Both the position numbers and the translations under genes were made by a program. A DNA stretch of 62,919 nucleotides, filler included, from Reticulomyxa filosa (lineage: Eukaryota; Protista; Foraminifera): assembly GCA_000512085.1 (NCBI GenBank). It is 18 parts of 18 records of this genome, joined end to end, with 100 filler letters (N's around TTAATTAATTAA, not from the genome) between each part and the next. Parts side by side here need not be neighbours in the genome. Positions count along the whole stretch, not along the records: positions 1 to 20,958 come from ASPP01008665.1; 17 more parts are not named here. One strand, written 5' to 3'. Below, piece after piece: positions 1 through 12,465 of this stretch. The notes under the pieces were generated by a model, which saw only the letters and a program-made list of their open reading frames with translations, did no database searches and had not been told where the DNA came from. Each line of letters begins with the position of its first letter. Position 1 is the stretch's first letter.

Positions 1-87
1 TTCCGGGTTTTTAAAAACCCGGAATTCAAACCCTTTCGGTTCCAACAAGGAAAAAAAAAAAAAATATATATATATATATACATATAC

Positions 88-2380
88 CTTGAGGATTTGA
101 ATTAAAGATGGCAATGTACTAATAGTGAATGGACTGATTTGCTGAACAAACTCTTCCTTCTCCATCACAAATAGGTGGTTGTTGTACAACAACAAAAACA
201 AATCCAACAGCTGATGGACAGAGCTATTAACCCAAAGGGCGTCTTTCCAGATATCAACGTTATTGGAACCACTTGGACTGAGTCCAATTTCATGGACCAA
301 CAATTCCCACACACACGACACGCAGGGCGTGAAGAATGACAATGTGCTGATATACTCTTTTCGCACGTCGTGCAGCGACGAAAAGGTAATGATCAGCGTG
401 TGCGCGAATTCCAAAATGGTCCGCGTAATGGGCAGATCAATTGCCTGCGCAATGTGCTTTTGCAAGTCCTTGCCGAGTGGCTCGGTGGCACGATACACAT
501 ATCGTTGTTGGTTGATTGTCATCGTTGCATGTTGAAAGATTCGCCAAAACAGTTTTAGCACGATCTTGGAATCGCACAGCTTGTTTACATTTTCCAGCGA
601 CGGATTAAAGGTTTTGGTCTGTTTGTTTTTCTTTTTCTTTCTTTTGTCTTTATCTTTGTCTTTGTCCTTATTTGTCATATCGTCAAGCGTAATCACCGTC
701 TTGTCATTCATCTTACTGTCCCCATCCACGTCGATGCCACTTTTCACGTCCGTCGCATCTGTCATGTCCGTCACATCTGTCATGTCCATCACATTTGTCA
801 TCTCCTTCTTTTCCTCTTCTTCATTGCTCTTGCCCTTCACCTCCAATTCCATTTCCATGCGATCTTTTGTCGTTTGGTCCAAGCCATTGTCGTCATCGTC
901 AATCTCATATTTCTTTTCTTTCTCCTCCTCTTCGTCATCGTTGTCGTCGTCGTCGTCGTCGTCGTCGTGTCCATCTTCGCCGTCCTCCAATATGTCCTCT
1001 GTTAAATACCTTCGATATTTCGAAACCAATTCTCCATAAAACTTCATAAAGTCTTCCTTTTTTATTTTTATTTTTTTTTAAATGCACATACACATAAGTT
1101 CAATATGTTATATATATATATATATATATACATATATATGTATATATGTATACATAAAACATACGAATGTGGTCGTCGTCATCGTGTCAATGCAGTCAAA
1201 GAGCACTGCACAGTTGTTAATCAACGCAATGGCGCTTCTCTCATTGACAAACAACTCCGACTGCGAGGAGTGGTTTGCGATCAAAGGCAGCCATTCGAGG
1301 ATGGTCGGACTGATGTGCGCAAGACCTGTGGACGTCTCCGTGCTCACAAACACTTGCGGATGAGTCATCCACAGATTGGGAATGCTCACGATTTGCTCGA
1401 CAAAGTCTTGTAGCAGATGTGCATCGAGTTGGCAGGCCACGTGTGACATGACAAGTATTCGCTGTGCGAGGTCGTTCAATTCGTAGTGCTGTGCCAACAT
1501 CAATGTCATCTTCCACTTCCAATAAAACTCGTGCTTCATTGGAGATATTATGCATTGCTTCACAAACTCTTTCAATTCGTCTGTCATCTTTGACAATCGC
1601 ACATTGTGTATATTCATTATGTTCAACACAAACCCTATCACTGTTTTCACATTGATCACTGTTCGAGGATTGGAATTAGAATTAGATTTGGTTGTTTCTG
1701 CTGTTCCACTCACTTCTTCGTACATCGACTCCATCAATTTCATACTTATTCTCCACAGTTTACACATGTCTCTTCGCCACATTTCTTGCTTCAACTTGTC
1801 TATTGTAGAACATGCCACAACGGACACTTGCATGCTCACATCTTACTCCCTCCCCCCCCCCTCCTCTTTCCTGTTCCAAGAATGTTCAAAGAACAAACCT
1901 GACAGAGACAAGCCATACAACAACAAGTGGTAATCCGAAATGTCCTTCGCTTCAATCGACATTGACTTATTGATCAAGCTAAATATTATCGTTGCTCGAT
2001 TTCTATCCACACTGTCTTGGTGGTAGTAAAATTGGACTAATGAATGCACATTATGATTGCATTGACGGGCTATTGGAACTTGCTGCTGGTTTGGTGACAA
2101 GTTCAAATCATTTGCCAATTGCCGAACACCGCCATCAAAATGCTTTCGTAAAGTGTTTGCATACGCAAGTCGTGCTGATATCATGCGCCAATGACGTTGA
2201 ATCACATTGCATACGTCAATCTTTTGCTAGTTTTGAGTTTGTGAAAGACGAAGTGGAATAGTACATTTTTTGTTAAGATAGTCGCTTATCAACTTTTTCA
2301 TATTGGCGTAGTTGACGGTCAGCTCGCACTTTTGCAAGCAATTTATCACGATCACTGGACGTATCAGGATTATGGAACAT
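88..2380 (-). CDS. HECT E3 ubiquitin ligase, UBE3B/UBE3C (Hul5) family; multi-exon N-terminal part, HECT domain lies beyond the window start
   Basis: Manual translation from ATG 2380 gives MFHNPDTSSDRDKLLAKVRADRQLRQYEK, then an IQ-like motif (NVIQRHWRMISAR), DFVEQIVSIPNL and LLDLFLLLYNNHLFVMEKEEFVQQISPFTISTLPSLIQILK. All match characteristic UBE3B/C N-terminal blocks. GT-AG introns join the ORFs. Confidence 0.7.
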
Positions 2381-2499
2381 TGAGTCTTTTATTTTTCCCC
2401 TCCCTTTTTTTCCTTCTTCTTTTTGAAAACGTTTGACTGGTTACAACTTTACAAGTTCCTAAAAATAACTTTTCTTTTAAAAAATTCAAGTAGAAAGAT

Positions 2500-5400
2500 T
2501 CACCTCTTGTCACTTGGACACTTTCCTTCCTCAATGCACACATCCATTTGCATTGCTTACAGCTGCAAACATTTAATAACAAAGACATCCAGCTAATTAA
2601 ATTTTTTCAAATATATCTTTTACACACAATATGTATTGCTTTTTCACAATTATTTTCGTCTTTGATGTTTTTTGCTGCCATTGCCTGTCCAGTCCTCCAA
2701 TTGATTTTCATCTGTACCCATATGAACAGAATATGTATCTATCACATGAGACAGAGCACTTGCGATGGTTTGTATCTTTTCAAGGTTGTTGTTTTCCATG
2801 CTATGCCTCATTTCAGTTATAATCTTTTCGAGATTGTGTTGCGTTTTTTTTGTTTTTGTTTGTTTGAGCGCTTTTGAGCTTTATTGTCAGGTTCACCAAC
2901 TTTTAATGATATTTTGAAAATGGGTTGAGATGATTCTACTTCGCCATTTTCTACTTTCTTTGTGTTTCCATGTTGGGGCTGGGGCAGGGCATTGTTGTCA
3001 GTATTTCCACGTTTTCGTTTCGTGTTGCCTCCTCGCTGCTCCTTAAACTTTTTCAATGTTTCCTCGGTTACACCGTGCAATTTCTGAAAATTAAAAAAAA
3101 AAGAAAGTAAAAACAAAAAAACAACGAGCAACAGTTTTTTTTATTGAACTTGGAAAAACTCTTGAAATTGAATTGCAACAATCAAAATCAGCGCGTCAGA
3201 GCAACAACAGACCCAAGTCGTTGTGCTTGTATCTTGACCTTGGAGTAATGACTTCAATTCAGTACTAACGGCTGTGAAAGTGTTGTTTACAAACGCACTA
3301 ACACTCGAGCATATGGCATGCGGTTGATTTTCCAAATCGTTATCAAAGTTGAGCGAGCACAAAATGTGGCTAAGGAATGTGAGAAATTCTACGCATTGTA
3401 ATTTTATCAGACAGCGTTTTTTCAAGGCGTCATTCTCATCTCCAATCGTGGGAAGCAGCGACAAGCGTCGTTTTATATTTGGGCCAAAAGTATCGTAGAG
3501 CCTTTCGAGATCAAAATACTGCGTCAATTCACCAACAAATTCGGATACAACACCTTTGTGACGGGGCAAGACCTCAAATAATTTGAATAGTCTTCCCATC
3601 CCCTCTTGTATCACTTTTGCAATTTCCTTGGTCTCTGTTTGAATGTCTATCTCTGAGAATGGAATAAGCACAACAACAATCATTAACACAAAGTAAAAAA
3701 AAAACAAACAAAACAAAACGTAACCACTATCACAATCAGCAACTATTGTCTTTTCGACAAGCGATACATGAAAAACATTTTCATACAATAAAAATGCCTT
3801 GACAATGCCATCAAGCACACACGTTCGAAACAGGGTTGGGTGTTTGTGAACCAATTTGGTCAGAATATAACCGCATTGCTCTCTAATGTTGATGCGCTCC
3901 AAGTCAAACATAAGGGCAAATACACTGGGCACCAGATCTACTGGTGACACCAGCGATTGAACCACGAGGTCGTAAATCACCCACACGCTTTCGCTACGTA
4001 TGTTGCTGTGGACTGAAAATGTTAGATTTGTCACAAGTGGTGATAGTTGATTCATTGCTGTTATCAGCTCAGCAGAATAGGCTTCTGAAGCAAAATCAAA
4101 ATTCGATTTGAATTGGATGTCTTTGTTATCAAGGATTTTTGTTTTATTCTTATCGTCACCATCCACGTAATCATCACAGTCGATTGTTTTATTTTGCGGA
4201 CTGTCTTCGTCATTTTTTTCGTCTGTTTTTTCCTCTTCACTGTTTGATTGGTCTTCTTTGCGGTGTTTTGTTTTGCTTTTGCCAAACTGTTCATTGCTGC
4301 GGCTGGGCTGGGTCATATTATTTTGTAATGTCAATTCATTTTGATTATGTTCGACCAAAAACGTATGCAATGAATGTAATGTGAAAAATTGCAAAGTGAC
4401 ATTCTCTTGGTGCTGCAAGCAGTGACGAAAAGCTTCCAAAGAGCGAGGGTTGTTTATAAACATGGGATAATATCGTGAGTAAAAATGGCATAGCCCGATG
4501 ACGCTTGCACAAGGGATGGACGTATTTTTCCAATAGATAAATCTCAAGAGCATTTCAAACACATTGCGCAAAAACAATCTAAAAAACAACACAATTATGT
4601 TCAAAAAAATTCCTGTTACCTTGAATTTTGATTGATGAGGAAATGCAAATATTAACTTGGCATTTGGTGACAGTTGGACTAGTGCACTATTCATGCCTTT
4701 CTCTGCAATTTTTTGGATTTGGCTTTGTTTTGTTATACTTGATTTGATTGTATTGTTGTTCTCATTTACGTCGTTGTTTTCTATTTCGGTGATTAAATTT
4801 CGTTTGAATGCAAATTGTGGAATCTGTTTCATCACGTCAAAGTGCTTTGCAAATAAGCACAGTGATATCAATGATCTCAAGACCAAAGAGTCATTTGGGA
4901 TGGCTTTGCAATTCTCCCACACTTCGTTATTCAAGCGACAGTACAATACTTCGAACAAATTGCACAGATTTGTATGAAATAATCTGTGATCTTTCGACAA
5001 ATATTGAATGACATTACAAAAGCATTCAATGCAAGCCTCCAATAGTGCTGTGCCATCGCATGTGTCATTTCTCAGATTTTTCAATGGAAAGCGCCACATT
5101 ATGCTTCGTAAGCTGCTTTGCAAGTGCTGTACCAGTGTTGGGCTTGCTGGAAGTTCCACGTGGGGCAGAAGGTTGCAAATGATCTTGACAATTTCTATAG
5201 TCACATTGTTGTGAGGACCAACATTCGATTGAGCTGAGTCGAAACATGGTACTTGCAAGAACATGCAGATTTGTTCAAAATATTTTTTTAAGAGTAATGG
5301 ATGCACTCTGCTAAACAAATATAAGGTGGACACGCAAGAATGAGTGTTTGTCTCATTGCTTTGTGCATTGACAAGTTTAGAAATGACTACGTCGCACATG

Positions 5401-8400
5401 TCTTCACAGATAGCATATATGCGTTGATGTTCATTTGTTGGATTGGGTCCAGACTGGCCATTGATGAATTGGATCATAGTGGATATTACCTCAACCAAGC
5501 GACTGCGACTTTTGTCGTCAATGCCATTTACGCTGTCAATAATCCGTTGCACAAGGCCTTTAAATTCGAGAGAGTACTCTTTTATGCTGGACTCATCTAC
5601 TCGCTTCACGCGATTGGACAAAATGTGACGAATACCTAAAAACTCTCTTTCTTCGATTTTGTCATCGACATTGTTTAAGCATCCTCCGAACCACATTTTC
5701 TTAAATGTTTGTGTCACAAGCGCTACAATTCTCTCATTTGAATCTGTCATGCGTGATAATAACGTGGAGCAAATTTCATTGTATTGAGGATGGTACTTTG
5801 TGTAATAGCTGCCTTTGTCGTGACCTTGATGTTTTCATTTTTTATTTGTTGTTTTGTTTTGCAATTGCATTCGAATGTGCAAACATACCATTAGATAACA
5901 AGCAGCACAATTCTTGCAAAATTTGAATGACTCTCTTCCTTACTGACACGCCCGAGTCTTTGATTCTTTTCATCAGCATTTGCAAATACTCTGTTTCATT
6001 CGCTGCAAAGTCAGAAAAGGGCAGTGCCAACATATATTTTCCCACCAAATCTACTGCCGATTCTCTGACCGCGATTGATTTGTCAGACAGCTTTGCTTTG
6101 ATGACCTGCTTGATGGAATCGAAATGAAATATCTTTGGATCCACGTCCACAAGTGCGGACAAGAACTTCAACGCTTTTGTTCGATTTTTGGATTGCGTGT
6201 GGTGCAACTCTTGCAAAATGATTGCAACACATTCGTTGCAAGCCGCAACTAACCCACGTTTCCTTGAGAGTTGACCGTTCAACTGAATTGTTTGCTCATC
6301 CGAAAAATGAGAGACATATTTCGTCTTGCATTCGCATGGCCAAAGCTTGCAAAACAAATTCCAAATGAGTGGATGCAGCGATTTGATTGGATCAATGTTA
6401 TTATTGTCTCCATCAGACAATTTCAAATCGCCTGCACCACTCTCTTCACTCCCTTCCAATTTCTTTTTTCGATTTTTGCCATCTGTCGAGGTTGCTTGCT
6501 TTCCTAAAGACAAAAGATAGTCGAGAAAAGGAACTTGCTAATTTTGGATATGAAAGAAGAAAGAAGTACTGACCTTTTTTCACTTGTTTTCGATTACGTG
6601 CTTTTGAAGAAGTTGCTACTTCTTCCTTTTGTGGACATAAGGTCGATGCAGGCTTTGGTAGTAGGCTCTGATGCAATGAAGCCAACCAGCGCATCAAATG
6701 GTAGTATCGGGCCGATGTTATCAGTGATGATAAATCGTCTCCCGTCCTTTAGTACACAAAGCAAACTACTTATTCTTTGGTTGTTTTGATTTGTTTGATA
6801 TTTTCTTAACTGTGCGAGCAGGTAATTAAGCACCAAAATATTCTGATTACATTCGTATTCAAACTATTTAAACAAAAGTCACAGTGCTTAGCCTCTTCCT
6901 CATAATAATTAATATGTAATCTTTTGATACATTGCGCAAAAGACAATCAAAGGGAAAGTAAAAAATGGCATACTTGTCAGAATGTAAAATATCCATTTCA
7001 CAGGACAAAAGGTCCATATCTCTGAGAGCGGCACAGGGGATACAATACCAACTTTGATTACTTTCGGCCTTCCTGTCATTATATTTATCATGGGCCATTA
7101 CGCAAATTTTGTGGAAAGAAGCGCTGCAATTTTCACAGGTGATTGTTGGCTTGTCATCGCTCACGCCATTATTTTTGTCACAAGTACAACTTATTTCTTT
7201 GTTGTTCGTAACGAGACATTGCAATTTTCATCCCCTTTTGCGTGTTGTTTCTCAAATTTGTCGCAACGAGTGACGGAAGTTTCGACATCAACAACACAGA
7301 TCTTTTCACACTGGTGCAGATAGTTATCAATGCATCGATAAGATAAGGTCGCATCTTGTTTTCCAATTTGCTTTCCTTGTCTTTTTCTTTTTCTTTTTTA
7401 TTTTCTTCGGTGACAGTCTGTGAAGAAACCGAAGAATTTTTTTTTAAAATTTGCACCAAGTATTTGGTGATTATCCGTAACAGTGACTCGGCGACAGGCC
7501 ATTCTGGCAGCTGATATACTGCTAACAAGTCACTTATCAGAGCTGTCAAAATATCCGTATTCTCGTAACGATACACACATTGTCTTAACAATTGCTATTC
7601 AAGACAAAGTCTCACGAGTTCGTTTTTGCTGAACTTTTTCGAACAAACAAAAGAAGGCACTTACCCCGACAAAGTGGTTAAGCAAACTTTGGATTTCGAG
7701 CAATGGCCCAGTTATCATTTTTTTGAAAAATGAAATTTGTGCAGCAGTTGTCATTTGCTCAATCGCCATTTGGCTCTCTTGACCTGCGTTGTGCATTGCC
7801 ATCGATTGAAATAGTTGAAGTGTGACCGCACTGCATGCCAAGATTTGCTTTCCACCTTTTCGACTGCAGAAAATGGATTTGCTCTTAGGATTATCGAAAG
7901 TATCGACAATGCGTCCAATTACTTCGTGTTTCATGTCGGACGAGTGCCGATATTTGGAATGATTCAAAATGTTTTCAATCAACAGCTGACACTTTTCTTG
8001 AATCAGTTGAAAATTGCCAACACCGAATGAATAAAAGCAGATATCCAACAATTGTTGAACATGTTTATCATCTAAATTTGATTCCCTTTGCAACAGTTGT
8101 GACAACAAGGAAAAGAGATGAGTGACCATGGAAGAATACAGTGCTACTAAATCTCCACTCAGTTCTTTCCAACAGTCATCGCGATTGATTGTCTGAGTTG
8201 TTTTTTTTGCTTTCGTTTTTCTGAGACTCTTTTTCGTATCGACACCTTTTTCATTTACGCAATTTTTTTTTTTTTTTAAAAAAAAAGACGATCTTGTTTA
8301 ATCTTTTTCGAATGTGAAAAAACAGAACAACTTGAAAGGACAAAATCAACAAAATGTACTCTCTTCCCTTTTTATCCATAATTAGTTTGACTTGTTTTAA

Positions 8401-9806
8401 CCTGAAGCGGCGCTGCACTTATTTCTGCACTTGGCGTCTTTCCACGGCGCAAGCAATTCCATCAGAACGAACTGGCTAAGACGAATGCTGTTGTAGATGA
8501 TCCCTCCTTGAATGAATTTCCTCGGCGTATCTTCGCAGCGCATTACCAGCAAAGCAGCCAACGATGCATAGACAACATTTGACAATTGTTCAATGGTTCG
8601 CACTTCGATTGCTTCCTTGGAGTCGTCAAGTTTGAAAATGAATTCGTTGAGCAGACCATCAATCATTGCAAAGAATCGTTCCAACTCGCGCTCATCCAAG
8701 TCTTTTCGCCAGTAATTACTATTCGTATTTGCATTAATAGCGATCCAAATAGAGAATACATTGCGCTCCAATGTAAATGCTTATCTTCGTCATTCGTTTG
8801 CATATCAAAGCGAGCTTGTCTTTCTGTTTCCAATGGGGCATCTCTTTCATCAATGCACCACTTTTCGTTAAAGGCATGAAGCAAATAATTGGCATTTGTC
8901 AACAGTCCTTTTTTGTCAGGTGAATCATCCATCAGTTTTGATGATGTGGGATTTTGCAATGCTTCCATGCGATTTTCTTGGGTCCGTTTTTGTGTCGTTT
9001 GAATTGAATTTGAATGTGTCGTTTCTTTTTCTTTATTATTGTCAGAATGTACATCTTTCAAGGCGTCTTGTTTCAAAGCCATCCTCACTCTTCTTTGTCT
9101 TTTTCTTGGAGGTTCCACTGGATCTCGAATAGGACTGGATGACAATTCTAGACATTACACAAAAAGTTACTTTTCGTGCCAAACAATATTTTCATAAACA
9201 GCTGCCATTTGAGCAAAAAGAGACCAAGATAGATACCAAAGCTTCTTTTTTTAATTGGTTGCTCGAGACTGGAATGTCTATCACTTTTTTCGTCGTCAGC
9301 TGGACTGTTTTTATCTTTGTCTTGTTGTGATATAGTCTTGTCATTCTTTATTTTTTCCTCCTCTTCATTCAAGTTATACGTTTCTGGTAGCTTTTTCGAA
9401 GAAACATTTTGATTGGTTGCGCCCTCATTTGTCTGAACGGATTCACTTTGGCATTGACCATTTAAATTCTGTTCACATCAATCAACAGGGTATGTTGGCA
9501 AGGTTGTCACAATTTTTATGATTGGCTGAGTTAATGCGACGTAATTCTCGCAAGTATTATTGTAAGTGTAATACGAAAAAAAAAAGCAAGAAGGGGAAGA
9601 AATAAAAATTTGCTGACGGAAAGGTGTTCCAACGATTCTTTAATATTTGACTTCTTGACTTCTTCTAGCAGTGCCTTCATTATCGTATTGTCACAAACTG
9701 TTGTCAAAAATGCACGTTGTTAAATAAGATTTTTCATAACTTTAACTAAAGGCGTATTTGCTGGACGCTTGCGTGCACGACGCACTCTTGGATTTGCTTT
9801 GTCCAT
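2500..9806 (-). CDS. NIPBL: Cohesin loader Scc2/Nipped-B-like protein, multi-exon, with an internal PHD finger
   Basis: LISDLLAVYQLPEWPVAESLL (conserved PEWP motif); cohesin HEAT block RTKALKFLSALVDVDP...LSDKSIAVRESAVDLVGKY...RIKDSGVSVRKRVIQIL; Nipped-B C-terminal LVSPVDLVPSVFALMFD. Both ends approximate. Confidence 0.92.
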
Positions 9807-10526
9807 TGCTTATCTTTGTTGTGGTTTATTCAAGTCTTCGTTTCGATTGGATACAATATACCTTGGAATATTGGAAAAATATTACGTTTGTGCAGAAAAG
9901 AACAAGAACCTAGAACAAGTTAACAGCAATAAGAATGAAAAATTTGCTGAGACAATTTCGTTTATACTTTTGTGGTTTGCCTGTGCTATTAGCCCCAGAT
10001 AACTTTGTTTTAGGATTTTATAGATTGTCTGCAAGAAACTAATCCCTTTCTCGCTCTAGGATTTCATTTTTCGAGTTGTCACATGGAAACACAGTATTTA
10101 GATTTCATTTAATCTACGATTATTAACATAAATTATTGGCAAAAACATAATTAATTGACGCTGTTTCTGAGTATGTTTTGAATAAATGAGAGGAAAAAGT
10201 ATCGTTTGAGAGAACCTACTAAAGTGGCATGCATATAATACAAAATTATTTGTTGTAACAACTCCATCCCAAGATGATCTGGAATGAATCTAAAAGTTAA
10301 AAAGTGGATGATAAATCAAAATTCAAAAGGGATGTTACAACATGCCTTGAAAAAAGATATCTGACAAGTTACGGAAAAATATATTTGAGCCATTAAAGAA
10401 CACAGTGAATCATTTCCCTGAAGGTCAAAAAAAAGGGCATGTTTGAGCAAACTAAAAAGAAGAAACAATTTACAACGCCAAAAAAAAAAGTAAAATGCTC
10501 CACCAAATGAACAAACAATTTGGTGA

Positions 10527-12058
10527 TCATGCCCATATACGTCCAGTCATGTCCCAGCCAGCAGTGACCAGAGCGAAGCCGTCTTTTGTCATGGCAAGAG
10601 AAGAGATAGCATCGTTATGTTCCAAAATTGAATGCGGAAGAGCCGACATAGTGTTCCAAGCAACACAGTGAGGATAGTCATCATAAGCAGCAAATAGGAA
10701 ATAGCCACTTTTGGAAAAGGTGATGCTAGTAACAGCGGGAGGCGTGGGTAGAGCATTGCTTTTTTCGACATGATTGCCATAGTCGTACAAGTTTAGTTGT
10801 CCCATGGACCGAAGGTCCCACAGCCGAACAGTTCCATCTACACTGGCAGAAGCAAATGTAAAGTTGTAAGAAGGGAACCATTTGACTGCATTGACATCAT
10901 TTTCGTGTCCATAGAAAGTCATGACACAATGATCTGTCCCACATCCGAAGGGGGTACTTCCTTTTTTTTTTTGAAAAAAAAAAAGCACACAGATTATATA
11001 ATATACATACATAAATACGTATACATATATGTATATGTACATATATAATGTGTACATATTTATGTATGTATGTATGTATATATACGTATATAGTAAAAAT
11101 ATGAATAGTATATGCAAATTGTATAAGCGACAAAAACAACGTATACAACAACGTACCAGTGTGATCAGTTTCACTAGAAATTTTTTTGGAGACCCGAATA
11201 TCCCATAGTTTAACGGTTTTGTCGATGGACCCAGTTAAGACCAGCGAGTGATGTTTGGTGTTGATAGTTTCGTTCATGTTGTCTATTCCAATGACGTCAG
11301 CTTTGTGAGCGCGAAAGCGGGACTTGACGCTTCTGGTCTCAATGTCCCACAGCAGACACGAGCTGTCACCGCTGGACGTGATGATTTCGTAGTTGCTCAT
11401 GAAGCGACATTGGCTGACGTAGCCTTGGTGCTCCAACAGTTCGCACTTGGCACTGCTGTAGTCGTCCTTGTGAAAGATCGAACACACGTTGTCTAACCCT
11501 CCTCCCGCCAATAATGACCCGTCTGGTGAAAAGTCTACTGCCATCACCGAATTGTGTTCCACTGATATCACTTGTCGTTTCAGTCCTGTTTTTGAATTCC
11601 ATATCTTTTTTTTTTTTTTTAAATTATGTATTTTATTTGTGTTTGTGTTTGTGTTTGTATATGCGCATGTTCGTTTTTTTTTTTTTTTTTTTTTGTTCCG
11701 CTCTTTCGCAGAATAGACTTGGCTAAACTATTATCTTTTCGTCCTGTGCGCCGCTTGCAATCTCTCCCGAATCGTTCGTGGCCAGACAATAAATCTTCCC
11801 GAAATGTCCTCGCAATTCTCGTCCACATCTCAAGGGGCTGTTGTATGCTATTTCCTTTTTTGACATCGAACTTTGACTTTGCTCTTTCAGTGTGTTGGGG
11901 TAGTCCTTCGTGTAACGCGTTTGTAGAGACTTTATCTTCGACTGAATCTCTTCACACATATTTTTGCATTTTTCCAATAGCCCCGAAATTGATTCTGTAG
12001 TTGTCGAGGTGGAACTCTTGTCGTTGCCCACACTCTTTTTATCCGAAGCTGAGCTCAT
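10527..12058 (-). CDS. Heterotrimeric G-protein beta subunit (WD40), 3 exons
   Basis: RELRGHFGKIYC, GGGLDNVCSIF, HQGYVSQCRF, TSSGDSSCLLWDIET, TFYGHENDVNAVKWFP and ALVTAGWDMTGRIWA. Introns at 11605-11728 and about 10961-11156. Confidence 0.9.
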
Positions 12059-12465
12059 GTCTGCTTCTTCTGAAGTTACACTCAAAAAAATACCTTGTGG
12101 CAAAACCCCGTTTGCTTTTTTGACGGTCTCTTGCTGCTTTGTAAACTACTTGACAATGCTTAGAAAAGAAACACAAGCCACAAAGATGTTTAAAGGCTGT
12201 TAACCGCTGTAAAACAAAAAAAATAATAAAACTGCTTTTTTAAGTTGATCTTTTCTTTTTTTCTTGTTCTACCGATTAAAAATAAATTGTTACAAATAAA
12301 TCAGAGCGTAGTTTTGATAAAGTAAACTTAAACAAGTGAGTAGAAAGACTGTGGTCCTTGTGTGAAAGTGAACGCGAGAACAAACCCTACTATTTTTGAC
12401 GCAAACGTGTGGTGTGCTTTGTTTTTTTGGTTTTTGTGGTAAATTGTTCGCATCCCAAGAGCAAA

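Noticed and set aside
566-1933. Plus-strand ORFs rich in S/F/L or YI repeats, and similar ORFs elsewhere
   Set aside because: They are antisense to real exons or translations of (TA)n and poly-T intron sequence.
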